Below are positions 9,140-19,274 of a stretch of DNA of 64,000 nt, piece after piece (position 1 is the stretch's first letter; every line of letters begins with the position of its first letter). Both the position numbers and the translations under genes were made by a program. This stretch comes from Candidatus Bathyarchaeota archaeon (GTDB lineage: Archaea > Thermoproteota > Bathyarchaeia > Bathyarchaeales > Bathycorpusculaceae). The stretch lies in contig CAWABA010000010.1 in assembly GCA_963780185.1 (NCBI GenBank), positions 1 through 64,000 of the forward strand, read 5' to 3'. Under the pieces are notes generated by a model, which saw nothing but the letters and a program-made list of their open reading frames with translations, was not told the DNA's origin and searched no databases.

Positions 9140-10766
9140 CTAATTTAACAAAAGGTTCATTGCGTCGTTGAAAAATGGTCCAGCGGCAGGCGTGGCTTTA
9201 ATCAGCACTATTATGTTTGAGTTGCCGAATGCGTTGGCGGTTGCGTACAGTCTTACGTAAAGTGTCGAACCGGCTGGTAAGGTTAGGGTTGGACCTGAAG
9301 ACTGCGTTAAAGCGCCGTTAGTCACAATTATCTCTTGCGTGCTAGGTGAATATGCCGAGAGAGTCATGTTCAGAATGCGAGTAATGGCGGAAGAACTGTA
9401 AGTTGAGAGGCTAACTGAATAGGGTGAAGATGCAGAATTCGTCAGGGTTAGAATGTAATCGTAGTCGGCTGGCGTCTGAAAATTCGTTGTTTGTCCAGGT
9501 CCCCAGTAGATCGTGAAGGTTATCCCGCTTCCAGTCGGATTTGTAATGTTCGCAATGAGTCGACCACCCGTGGGAACGCTGATTTGTGAACCAGTGAAAG
9601 CTGTTTTGACTTCAGATTTTGATGTTCCAATTGTTCCTGTAGTTCCGCTTGCAGCAGAAGCTACAATATTATTTGATGAATCTGACGCAGAGAAGGTAAC
9701 GCTAAGAACGCCTGCGGAGGTTGCGGAAGCCCAAAAATCCGTCATCCATGAACCAGAATAAACTGAGGTGACAGTTGGAACGGCTGGGGAGCAGAGAAAT
9801 GCTGAAGAGCCGGGTGCTATTGCAAATGAACCGGTTAAAGTCTGGACAAAAAAGTCCGTGTTCTGAACGATGGAAGTTTGCGCTTGCTGAACTGCGTCGC
9901 CGATCATGGCCCAGTCCGCAGTTTTGGATGTCGAGAAACTTACTGAAAGAGCGGTTTGTTTTGTTGTTGCCACCGCGTATTCGGCTGCTTCATTAATCGG
10001 GTCGATGCTGACTTGGCTGCCTATGTTAATGAAGCCTGCGCCGTATGTTATGGTTTCACTTCCCGTTACCCTCGCCGCTAAGGCTCCAATAATAAAATCG
10101 TTTGAATTCAAAGTTGATAAAGTCACAGACATAGATGTGCCGCTTCCAGTGCCGGAAATTGGCGCGGACAAGTTGGGGTCAAACGGGTTTGGTGTTTTAG
10201 CGCCGGCGATCCCGAAGACTTTTACTGCGCACTTTACACTGGACGTAAGTGAAACTGTTACAGTTCCTGAAAAGACGGTTGTTGAGATGGCGTACCATGT
10301 TTCAATTCTTGTAGTGTCAGAGGTTGCCGTGCCTCTCTGAATCCAGAAAAGGCTCGCGCCTGTGTTGGTGATTGAAGAAACGCTGATTGTGCTGCTGTCG
10401 ATGGCGGCTGTTAAGTAGATTACGTCTTTTGGCTTGCTTGTTGTCTAGTGTGCCTGTGGTTACGGAGGCAGCGTTGGCGCTGCCGCTTGTTTCTCCATCT
10501 ATTGCCAGGGCGTAAGAACTTGGTGCGCTTGCGTTCTCATAGAACTTGTAACCTGAAGTCGCAACGACACTTCCATAGTCGTTGGTAGTTGAAAGAGACA
10601 TGCTTCCTTTAGTTCCAATGTCGAGTGTAACTTGGGGTGTCTTTACGGTAGACACCGAACTGCCAAAATATTGTGTTTGTTTGAGTGCTGAAACTTGGCA
10701 AAAAGAGATTAATAGAAAAAAAGCAAGAAGCAAAGGCACAGCTTTGTGGATGTATTTAATCTTCAT
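9140..10766 (-). CDS. Large secreted family-2 protein with inserted beta-sandwich domains (one frameshift near 10445)
   Basis: ORFs 10317-10796 and 9140-10171 join if one G near 10445 is removed (GTL-TTSKPKDVIYLTAAID...RIETWYA...FDPNLSAP); VKTPQVTL at the N-terminus and DYDYILTLTN near the C-terminus. Confidence 0.7.
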
Positions 10767-10855
10767 ACTGCTTAGACGGGTTTGCCGTTTTCCCAAAGCC
10801 TTTTACTTTCTCCTTTGCTGCTTTAATTCGGTTTAACTTTGTGACTTTACAATGG

Positions 10856-11461
10856 TTAAGACCATTGTATGGCTGCGGTAAAGCTTATCGTTGAACCTGC
10901 TGCTGCGCCTGGGGCTGCGTATCCAACAATCTCAATGTAGTTTGTAGTGCTTGCTGCCAGAGCATGGGGACTGCTTAGTAGATTAATTGTGCCTGCTGAA
11001 GAGCTGCTTAAGGTTACAGAACCAATAGGTGAACCGCTCTGCGGGGAATCTGTTTGCGCTGCGTAATAATAGATCACTATGCTTCCAAGGTTTGATGCGC
11101 CTGATATGCCTGAAATCGTGATGGCGCTTATTGAGTGGCTGGTTGTGCCGGCATTTGTTACTTGCAGTAGATCAGTGTAGTATGTTGCGGGTTGAGGCGA
11201 GTTCGTTGCGGAAGGGAACAAACTGAACGCCACTGCTGCGGAATCATATGTTGAAGCAACTGTTACGGTTGCGGCTGGGAAAGCTGTGGGACTTGCGGTG
11301 CTGTCTGATCCAGCGACTAGTCTAACATCTGGGGTTTTTACTGTTGCGTTGTAGTTTGCCGAGAAGGTTGTGAATACTGCTGCGCTGACCAAGCCGACGA
11401 AGATTGCGACCACGATAATTGGAAGCAGTTTTCTAGCTTTACCTCTGAGAATATTATTCAA
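10856..11461 (-). CDS. Secreted beta-rich protein (family 2, putative major subunit)
   Basis: TTG start with GGAGG SD; signal peptide; VKTPDVRLVAGSDS; PQPATYYTDLLQVTN; no anchor. Confidence 0.8.
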   Translation of the reverse strand: MNNILRGKARKLLPIIVVAIFVGLVSAAVFTTFSANYNATVKTPDVRLVAGSDSTASPTAFPAATVTVASTYDSAAVAFSLFPSATNSPQPATYYTDLLQVTNAGTTSHSISAITISGISGASNLGSIVIYYYAAQTDSPQSGSPIGSVTLSSSSAGTINLLSSPHALAASTTNYIEIVGYAAPGAAAGSTISFTAAIQWS

Positions 11462-11848
11462 GCCCTTTCCTCCTTCGGAAAACCGTTCATGAACGGCAAT
11501 ATAAAGAATATGCTTTTTGTCGTAATATTACGAAAAAAGTTGAAAAAGGCCGCTTTTCAGGTTTTGTTCCTGTTATTTTATTCAAATTTAGGTGCGTTAT
11601 TTTAGTAAGTAACCGCTGCTGTTCAACCGATCAAAACTGAGTTTTGTTTTATTTTCTGAGCTTGTTGGGTGAAACTTGTCTGGCTTGTGGAAACTTGAGA
11701 CCCGCCGCGGCGGAGTGAAAATACCTGAAAGCTAAAACATTAGGGAAAGTTTTCTATGTTTTCGCGCCAAATTTTCTAAGGGATTTTATATACCGGTAAC
11801 TTGATAGAGTAAAGCAAACGTTAGGAATACGCTCATGAGGACAATAGG

Positions 11849-12841
11849 ATGAAATCTAACAGAATCGTCATCGTACTATCAGTTCTCATTGTTTTTGCCT
11901 TGATCTTCAATTTATGTTATGTCCAGGCACAAACTGAAACCAAGTTCGGTAACGTTTACAGCGACGATTCTTGGAATAGTTCAGGAGGAGTGGTTGTCGC
12001 CTCTCAATTCACAATTTCACAGAGTATCACGATAACTTGGATGAGCGCATTGATAGGCGACCTCGCGCCGCCTTCTTTTGTTAGGTTAGGCATCTTTAGC
12101 GATAGCAACAATCTACCATCTGCATGCTTGGCATCAACCCGCGAATTCCCAACCAGCAGCACGGACGCTGTTTGGTGTACATTTCCTCTTTTAAACTCAA
12201 TAACACTTCAAGCAGGAACCTATTGGCTAGCTGAAATTGACTCTGGCGCGGGTGTAGAAAAGACCTATTTTAATGAGGGTCCGGGAAGCTTTAATTCAGT
12301 ATTTGCTTTTTCAGACAGTTTCATGGGTCAATTGGATGTTGGAAGCACCTTCCCAACATCAGTGACAAGTCTTGATGGAACTCTAGCGATAATTGCAAGT
12401 TCCGGTCAATCTTCCAACTCAGAAATTCCTACGCCGCCAACTTACGCGGAGAGTGCTCAATGCTGGGCCTCAGCTAGCGATTCAAACCCGTATCCAACGC
12501 AAACAAGCTTTGCTGTAGGTTCCCCAGTTTACATTTATTGGACTCCGAGCAACCCGAGTACGGGAGTTGTCGATATTAGCGTCTACTACCCAAGCGGGAC
12601 ATCTCCCGGACACGACACTCTATGCTCATTTAATGATCAGGCTCCTGGAAACGCTCCTGTCAGTTTTGTTCCTGATAGACCGGGTACTTGGGTCGTCACT
12701 TGCAACGGCTATTCAACCGACATATTTGTTTTGCCGCTGACCGTTTTTGCGCTTCCTGAATATGCCTTGGGCGCTCTGTTGTCGTTGATAGCTTGTTTTG
12801 CTGCGTTAGGCGTATTTGTAAACAAAAGGTTTCGATCTTAG
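11849..12841 (+). CDS. Secreted surface protein with PEY-CTERM signal
   Basis: Signal peptide; beta-sandwich-like VRLGIFSD...LQAGTYWLA; ALPEY + TM + KRFRS. Confidence 0.8.
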   Translation: MKSNRIVIVLSVLIVFALIFNLCYVQAQTETKFGNVYSDDSWNSSGGVVVASQFTISQSITITWMSALIGDLAPPSFVRLGIFSDSNNLPSACLASTREFPTSSTDAVWCTFPLLNSITLQAGTYWLAEIDSGAGVEKTYFNEGPGSFNSVFAFSDSFMGQLDVGSTFPTSVTSLDGTLAIIASSGQSSNSEIPTPPTYAESAQCWASASDSNPYPTQTSFAVGSPVYIYWTPSNPSTGVVDISVYYPSGTSPGHDTLCSFNDQAPGNAPVSFVPDRPGTWVVTCNGYSTDIFVLPLTVFALPEYALGALLSLIACFAALGVFVNKRFRS

Positions 12842-12978
12842 GCGGTTTTGATTCCTAAAACGGATTTTGCAACTCTGAGCCTAAGTTTTTCTAACAAGAT
12901 TATTAAAGAAAACTTGGTTAGGAAATTAAAAAACTAAAAAAAAATTAAAAAAGAGTAGAAAGCCGTGTTTCTATGGCT

Positions 12979-13998
12979 TTACACGTTTATTGACCGTTTA
13001 GACTTCGCGTAGATCAGGAAAGCTGCTGCGAATGCAACTAAGGCGGCGAGTGCTCCGTATGCTGATTCAGGCATAACGAATATGGATCCTGTTATGTAGA
13101 CGTTGAAGGTCGCTGTTAGGCCGAGAGCTGGGCCTACTCCGAGCAAGTTTTGTGTTGTGGGCGTTGCGGTTGTGAGGTCTAAGTATTCTACTGGCCAAAC
13201 ACTTTGGGTTGAGGCTGTGACTGCGATTTTTGAGCCGTACGCTGCGTTTGAGGGGACGGTAACGGTGACTTGTGCTATTCCGTTAGTGTCTGTGAAGGCT
13301 GTTGCCGGGACAAAGTATGAACTTGATAATGGAGTCGAGGTAGTTGATGATGGTGGAGTTACGGTTGCGCTGAAGTCAATTTTAACGTTGGCTTTTGCGT
13401 TGCCTGAGGAATCTGTGAGTTTCGCTTGGAAGACTACTGTGTTGCCTGGAAATGCTGAGGTGGAGACGGTTGTGCCTGTGCTTGGTGAAATCCATGTTAG
13501 TTGGTCGCCTTTGAGCGCTACGTTCATGCCGCCGTTTGCTTTCGCCTCGTTTACCAAGGTGGCTGCAGGGCCTGTGATTGAGGAGTCTAAGCTGAAGTCA
13601 GTGTACGGTGGGTTTTGTCCGAGGAGCATCCAGATTGCGACCTGGTCGATTGCTGCTTCGCTGTTGGTTGTCGGTGAGTTCCAGCTTAGGATATAGCTGA
13701 TTTGTTGCCATTTTGGTTCGTTTGGGACTTGTACTTCGCTGTATGGGTACGATGTGCCTTCGTAAACGGTGCCGCCTGAAGTCATACAGTAAGCTTCACC
13801 TGTTGCGGATTGAGAGGTTCCGGGGTTGATTGTAACTGGAAATTCTCCAACCCAGTAGCTGCCAGAAGTGATGCCTAAGTCATTTGGATTGCTTGGAACA
13901 CCTATCTGGACAGTGCCTGCTTGTGCATAAACTGCTGCACTCATTGCTGCAAACATTAATCCCGCGAGGAATACGGTTAATATGATTTCTTTTTTCAT
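12979..13998 (-). CDS. Paralogue of 1811-2869: putative thioester-domain surface protein, PES-CTERM
   Basis: Single Cys in EAYCMT; DQVAIWMLL; TTQNLLG; VMPESAYGAL + TM + KSKR. Confidence 0.75.
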   Translation of the reverse strand: MKKEIILTVFLAGLMFAAMSAAVYAQAGTVQIGVPSNPNDLGITSGSYWVGEFPVTINPGTSQSATGEAYCMTSGGTVYEGTSYPYSEVQVPNEPKWQQISYILSWNSPTTNSEAAIDQVAIWMLLGQNPPYTDFSLDSSITGPAATLVNEAKANGGMNVALKGDQLTWISPSTGTTVSTSAFPGNTVVFQAKLTDSSGNAKANVKIDFSATVTPPSSTTSTPLSSSYFVPATAFTDTNGIAQVTVTVPSNAAYGSKIAVTASTQSVWPVEYLDLTTATPTTQNLLGVGPALGLTATFNVYITGSIFVMPESAYGALAALVAFAAAFLIYAKSKRSINV

Positions 13999-14409
13999 CT
14001 ATTTTCTCTTCCAACTTTTTTATACTTGGCAGTGACGCAGGCTTAATATAAGCAAAATTCTGAAATGGTAATGCATCAAAAATCGATATAAATCTACAGA
14101 CTAAAACAAAGCATACTCTTTGAAATAAAAATCGATAAATCGGGTTCAACTCTGTTTTTTGGCTCAGAAATTTAAAAGCAAGTTACCGCTATGTTGTCGT
14201 TACTTTTTTATGCGATGCAGTCTTGAAAAAGTTGTCGAGGAGAACGAGAAAAGACAGGGTTAACTTAAAGGCAAGTGTAAAAATTCGGGAAGAGAGAGGG
14301 GAGAATCAGTTCGCCTGCCTTTAAGCTAACCTTTCTTAACCCTATGAATACGGCTTGAAGGATAAATAATGATGTGACTGTTCTCCTGCTACCACAAGTT
14401 CGCATTTTG

Positions 14410-14982
14410 TTATGGATTGCTTTGCAGCCAGATTGGTTTTCCATCCCGGACTTCTCTTTTCTGCGGTTCAGGACACGACAAATCTAAAGCCGCGAAAACG
14501 CTCTCTTCCGTCTCCCCAGCCAACGCAACCTCCTCTTTCATCAGCCCTTCACTGTACTTTAGCCTGTATCCCTTTGACAGGGCGTAGCCTGCCAGCCACA
14601 TGTTATGGTCAGCTGAACCCGTTCGTATTAGTTCCTGTATGCCGAAAGTTTGCGGGGTTGCCCTGTAAAAGTCGATTTGAAAAACGCCTCCTTCAACGGG
14701 GTAGTTAAGTTTTATCAGCTTCGGACCTGAGCAGAGGACTTTGGGTTTTCTAAAGGTCTGGATAATCTTTTCCCAATCGGCGTCTGCTGCAACGGCGACA
14801 AAGTCGCAGTCTCCAATCTGCTGCTTCTTCCGCCTTAAGCTTCCGACAATTTCTATTCTATCGCACAGAGGCCTGATGATTTCTTTGATTTGCAAGGCAA
14901 CCTCCTCTGCTTTGGCGTATTCAAGCGAGGTCAAGACTGCAGGCTCCTCCTCGCATGAACCGAACAGTTTAGTCTGCTTCAT
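14410..14982 (-). CDS. Minimal DNA polymerase X family protein (palm plus thumb only)
   Basis: GSLRR...GDCD, IDFY, TGSADHN and EESVFAALDL...P..RE PolX motifs. Confidence 0.85.
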   Translation of the reverse strand: MKQTKLFGSCEEEPAVLTSLEYAKAEEVALQIKEIIRPLCDRIEIVGSLRRKKQQIGDCDFVAVAADADWEKIIQTFRKPKVLCSGPKLIKLNYPVEGGVFQIDFYRATPQTFGIQELIRTGSADHNMWLAGYALSKGYRLKYSEGLMKEEVALAGETEESVFAALDLSCPEPQKREVRDGKPIWLQSNP

Positions 14983-15233
14983 TTGCCCACTCCATGACGT
15001 AACTATTCTACTGAAATGCATAATCTCAGCCTTTAAAAATGAAGCGAAGAAACTGACCTGCATCAGAGTGGAGGGCTGATTGAAAATGAACTTGGCGCGG
15101 AAATCCTCCTGTTGAATGTTCCCTTTTAGCAGTCGAGAAAGCCCTTTGGATAACGTTGTTTGCAGGTAGAAAGATTTAATTATTGATGGTTTCTGTTGGT
15201 TTCATGATTATTATAGGAGGATTGAAAAAAGAA

Positions 15234-15524
15234 ATGCCTACTTGCCCACATTGCGGCGCCACGGTTCCTGAAGGAGCTGTTTACTGTGGCAACTGCGGAG
15301 CTACATTAAACTCCCCAGCGACTTCTAGCTCTTCCACCCAATCGCAAACTTCCCAGACATCTACCGACTGGTCAAACATGCCAAAGAACCCCACCGAGGA
15401 CATGGAAGCACGATACGAAAAAGCGATGAAACGCGCCGGAACGCTTGGAAAGGTTGCAGTGCTTCTTGGAGGAATCATTCTCATATTCATAATGATTTCC
15501 TTCTTGCTTAATTTGTTTGGGTAA
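15234..15524 (+). CDS. Zinc-ribbon domain membrane protein
   Basis: CPHCG...YCGNCG at the N-terminus, C-terminal TM, GGAGG SD. Confidence 0.8.
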   Translation: MPTCPHCGATVPEGAVYCGNCGATLNSPATSSSSTQSQTSQTSTDWSNMPKNPTEDMEARYEKAMKRAGTLGKVAVLLGGIILIFIMISFLLNLFG

Positions 15525-15568
15525 ACTGCAAAGAAGGCTCTGAAAATCCCTTTAAGAGGTGGTAAAGA

Positions 15569-15676
15569 ATGGAAAGCAATCTTGAACAAAAAGTCAGAGG
15601 AATAGAACGATTAAATAGACTCCTTACTGCCGTCGTTATCATCGAAGCAATCACTATAGCAGTGATTATCCTATAG
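15569..15676 (+). CDS. Putative 35-aa single-TM microprotein
   Basis: GAGGTGG SD then MESNLEQKVRGIERLNRLLTAVVIIEAITIAVIIL*. Confidence 0.5.
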   Translation: MESNLEQKVRGIERLNRLLTAVVIIEAITIAVIIL

Positions 15677-15799
15677 TTACGTACACGCACTGGCATCACG
15701 GCGATTGAAAACATTCAAAACAAAGTTTCCTCTGCGATTGCTCCACATCAATTTATGAAAAGATAGGACTGTTAATAACTAAAAGTTTTTGGCTTTTCT

Positions 15800-16159
15800 C
15801 TACCCGAGGTATTCGCACCAGCTTTTTGGGCTTTCCCAAATCCTGACTTTTTCCAGTTTGGGTTTCTGAGGCAAGATTTTTTTCAGTTGGGTGAAATAGT
15901 ATTTTGCGATGTTTTCGGATGTTGGGTTACTGAGTTCGTTTATTTCGTTGAGGTATGTGTGGTCCAGCTTGTCGGTTACTGTTTGTAGGGCTGCTTTTAG
16001 GACGGCGAAGTCGATGACCATTCCGTTTGCTTCGGTGTTTTCGCCCAAAACGAAAAGCTCAACTGTCCAAGTGTGTCCGTGAAGGTTTTCGCATTTGCCG
16101 TTGCTGTCCACTACCTTGTGCGCCGCGGCGAATGTTGTTTCAACCCTGAGCCTAAACAT
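15800..16159 (-). CDS. queD: 6-carboxytetrahydropterin synthase / PTPS family (COG0720)
   Basis: FAAAH, CENLHGH, IDF, LDHTYLNE, NPTSENIA, WES motifs. Confidence 0.92.
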   Translation of the reverse strand: MFRLRVETTFAAAHKVVDSNGKCENLHGHTWTVELFVLGENTEANGMVIDFAVLKAALQTVTDKLDHTYLNEINELSNPTSENIAKYYFTQLKKILPQKPKLEKVRIWESPKSWCEYLG

Positions 16160-16173
16160 AGATTCATCTTCCG

Positions 16174-16953
16174 TTAAAGAGTCCCGCTCCACTCTGAACA
16201 CACATTGTGGTCATGGATGGATTCGAAACTTACACATTTAACCGTGCAAAACCGCTTAGGATACTTTTCCTTAAGCAACCGCACGCATTGCCTCGTCACG
16301 TCCTCAACGAACTTGGCGTTCTTATGCATGTTTTCAACCACCTTCTTCTCTTCAGGTCTTTTAAGCAGCGAAAACGTCGGCGAACTGAAGCTTTGACTGC
16401 AAATTTTGAGGACGTCAAGCAAATCCGTGTTTTCCGTCACATCAATCTCCACGCTCAAAGTTCCCCTTTGGTTATGAGTTAACCCGTTACACATTTCCTT
16501 GGAGCACGGGCAAGCTAAGGCGCCGTTAACTGTGATGCCAGCGGTTTTTTTGCCCGTTTTGGTGGAGTACCGTGCAAACATTTGAGCAATCGAGTTTTCT
16601 TTTTTGCCGCTTGGTCTTATCCTGTTAAATGGGAGTTCGCCGAAAACTTCTGTTTGGCAGTGGAAGCCATGTTTCTTGAACGCGGCTTTAGCAATCAGCA
16701 CTGCCAAATTTTCTATTGATGCGGCTTCTCGGGGCGTTTCTTCAACGGTTTCGATGAATCTGCTCATGTGGACCCCGCGTAGATGAGACGGCAAAGTGAT
16801 GTAGCTGTTTATGGTGACAATGATGTTGAAGGTTCCCTCTGGTCTTTTCAACAAAACTAGCGTCCGAAGGCCTTCTACACCGACCTTTTCAAGTTCAATC
16901 TCGTTTTCTGGTTTTTGGTTTTGAACGTCAACGACCAAATTCTTGATCCCCAT
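16174..16953 (-). CDS. folE2: GTP cyclohydrolase FolE2/MptA family (COG1469)
   Basis: RGVHMSRF, ACPCS, HNQRG, LLKRPEEK, KFVEDV, ESIHDHN. Confidence 0.92.
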   Translation of the reverse strand: MGIKNLVVDVQNQKPENEIELEKVGVEGLRTLVLLKRPEGTFNIIVTINSYITLPSHLRGVHMSRFIETVEETPREAASIENLAVLIAKAAFKKHGFHCQTEVFGELPFNRIRPSGKKENSIAQMFARYSTKTGKKTAGITVNGALACPCSKEMCNGLTHNQRGTLSVEIDVTENTDLLDVLKICSQSFSSPTFSLLKRPEEKKVVENMHKNAKFVEDVTRQCVRLLKEKYPKRFCTVKCVSFESIHDHNVCSEWSGTL

Positions 16954-17138
16954 TCAATTTCCCTAACCAGCATTCCGCCCCGAAATGCCTTGGTTAAACA
17001 GATTTAACTGTGGAGAGAGAAACCTCGTAGCTTATTATACTTATTTAGATGGAAGTCAACTTTAGATGTTTTTTATTAGTGGGAAAGAACCGAACAATTC
17101 ATCCACCGTTAACATACAGTCTTGGAACTTTTGAGGAA

Positions 17139-17390
17139 TTATGGTTTTGTACGTTTCTTTTCTATTATTGTGCGTATTTCATTTTCAGCGTCGGCTACGG
17201 AATATTTGAGAGAAACATTTCTCTTTCTTAATTCATCCAAAAAAACCCAAAGTGACACACCCGCAACCTCTGACGATTTCTCAAGGGAAGTTTTCCCTTT
17301 CACATAGCTGTTAACAGCAAACTCCAACTTTACTTCAGCATGCCCTCTGTTTGAAATACTCATAAACGCCCTCCATTTTACCCCTTCCAT
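17139..17390 (-). pseudogene. UPF0175-family (antitoxin-like) protein or remnant
   Basis: KLEFAVNSYVKGKTSLEKSSEVAGVSLWVFLDELRKRNV resembles UPF0175; the 5' region is atypical. Confidence 0.55.
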
Positions 17391-17747
17391 GGTCTCATAT
17401 CTAACCGAATCAGCTATTGATACACCTTTCGAGAGCCTTTCTCATTGAGCGGTTCTGTAGGTCTTCGGCTATTTTGGCTTCTGCGGAAATTCGTCTAGTG
17501 TGTTATTTGGGTTCGTATAATCGCGGTTTGGCTAGTTCTTCGAGCAGTTTCTTTGTCGCTTTATGCTCTTCGGATACCAACTTACCGCAATTTCATTTGA
17601 TCCCCTTAAGCCTTAGACGGCAAAACCCCTTCCGAAGCATGCAAGATAACCATAGAAGGAAAAAACAAAGTGGCTTACTCTGATTCAGAATGCGAAAAGT
17701 CAGAAAAACGCCAAAGACGTTAAAAGCTAACTCCCTTAATATCGTAC

Positions 17748-19103
17748 ATGGATACTAACGTAATTTACTGTGGCGATAACGCGGAAATAATGCGCCACTA
17801 CCTTTTAGATAACAGCGTTGATTTAATCTACGCAGACCCACCGTTTTTCTCGAACAAACCCTATGAGGTACTTTGGGGGGACGGTTATGAACTAAGGGCT
17901 TTTGAGGACCGGTGGAAGGGTGGAATAAATAACTATCTTGCTTGGATGGAACCTAAGCTGAGAGAATGCCATAGAGTTTTGAAGCCAAACGGTTCAATGT
18001 ATTTACATTGTGATTGGCACGCTGGGCACCACCTTAAAGTTTTGATGGATAAAATATTTGGGGAAAATGCGCTAGTAAATGAAATTACTTGGAAAAGAAC
18101 TTCAGCTCACACAGGGGAAGGAAAGGTACGCGGATTTGGAGCGGTACATGACATTATTCTTTTCTATGGTAAAAGCCCAAACTATATTTTTAATCCAATA
18201 TACGTGCCTTTAAATGAAGAGTACGTTAAGAAGTTTTATAGATTCACAGACGAAAAAGGCAGACGGTATAGACTTAGCGATTTAACTGGTGCGGGCATAC
18301 GACATGGTGAAACGGGGAAACCTTGGCGCGGAATTGACCCTAACAAAGCGGGTTGGCATTGGGCATCTCCAATTTCTAAACTTGATGAACTTGAGAAAGA
18401 AGGCAGAATATATTTCCCCAAAAAAATAGGTGGCGTACCAAGTTACAAAAGATACTTGGATGAAATAAAAGGGCAACTTTTGCAAGACATTTGGGATGAC
18501 ATTTTACCTATTCAATCACAATCCAACGAAAGACTTGGATACCCAACCCAAAAACCTGAAGCCCTCTTAGAGAGAGTAATTAGCGCTTCATCAAATCCCA
18601 CTGACATTGTGCTTGACCCCTTCTGTGGCTGCGGAACAACCATTGCGGTGGCTAACAAACTTGGTTGGCGATTTATCGGTATCGATGTTTCACCAACAGC
18701 ATGTAAGTTAATGGGTAAGCGACTGAGGAAACAGCATGCTAAGTATGAAATTATCGGTTTACCCCGAACAGTTGCTGAATTAAGAGCCTTAGAACCTTTT
18801 GAGTTTCAAAATTGGGTTTTCGAGAAACTACATGGCAGAGTTAACCCGAGAAAAACAGGCGATATGGGAATTGATGGTTGGATAGAACTTGATTGCCCTG
18901 TTCAAGTTAAGCAATCCGAGGATGTTGGTCGAAATGTTGTTGACAATTTTGAGACTGCTATTAGACGGATGAATAAAAACCGAGGGGTAATTGTTGCATT
19001 AAGTTTTGGGAAAGGCGCTTATGAAGAAGTTGCAAGGGTAAAAAACGATGAAAAGGTAGAAATCAGACTAAAAACAATTGAAGAAATTTTAAAGGAAACA
19101 TAA
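17748..19103 (+). CDS. N4/N6 DNA methyltransferase (beta class) fused to C-terminal Mrr-like endonuclease domain
   Basis: DPPF motif IV before DPFCGCGTT motif I; YPTQKPE; C-terminal EFQNW...DMGIDG...VQVKQ. Confidence 0.9.
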   Translation: MDTNVIYCGDNAEIMRHYLLDNSVDLIYADPPFFSNKPYEVLWGDGYELRAFEDRWKGGINNYLAWMEPKLRECHRVLKPNGSMYLHCDWHAGHHLKVLMDKIFGENALVNEITWKRTSAHTGEGKVRGFGAVHDIILFYGKSPNYIFNPIYVPLNEEYVKKFYRFTDEKGRRYRLSDLTGAGIRHGETGKPWRGIDPNKAGWHWASPISKLDELEKEGRIYFPKKIGGVPSYKRYLDEIKGQLLQDIWDDILPIQSQSNERLGYPTQKPEALLERVISASSNPTDIVLDPFCGCGTTIAVANKLGWRFIGIDVSPTACKLMGKRLRKQHAKYEIIGLPRTVAELRALEPFEFQNWVFEKLHGRVNPRKTGDMGIDGWIELDCPVQVKQSEDVGRNVVDNFETAIRRMNKNRGVIVALSFGKGAYEEVARVKNDEKVEIRLKTIEEILKET

Positions 19104-19274
19104 GCAAAGACTGTTTAGCCCGAACACCCCCACTTCTCTATCAAAATAAGTGAACCCGAACGCTCCATCACCCGAATCTTAACACGTAGAATTATCGCCT
19201 ATGGAGTTAACAGAACCCGTTTTGCCAATGTTTATTAGTTTCATTTTGCCTAGTCGTCGCTTCGAAAAATTAGG

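Noticed and set aside
3445-11461. Secreted small proteins as type IV pilins or archaellins
   Set aside because: No class III signal peptide pattern (K/R-G followed by a hydrophobic stretch with E5), and no assembly ATPase or TadC gene nearby
13103-13696. Long antisense ORFs (e.g. 13103-13696, 22248-22793, 23557-24021, 30369-30788, 60592-61050)
   Set aside because: Shadows of well-supported genes on the opposite strand, with no motifs of their own
15800-19103. folE2 + queD + DNA methylase as a 7-deazaguanine DNA modification (Dpd) system
   Set aside because: No dpdA/TGT-like, queC or queE gene in the window; the surrounding genes point to pterin cofactor synthesis
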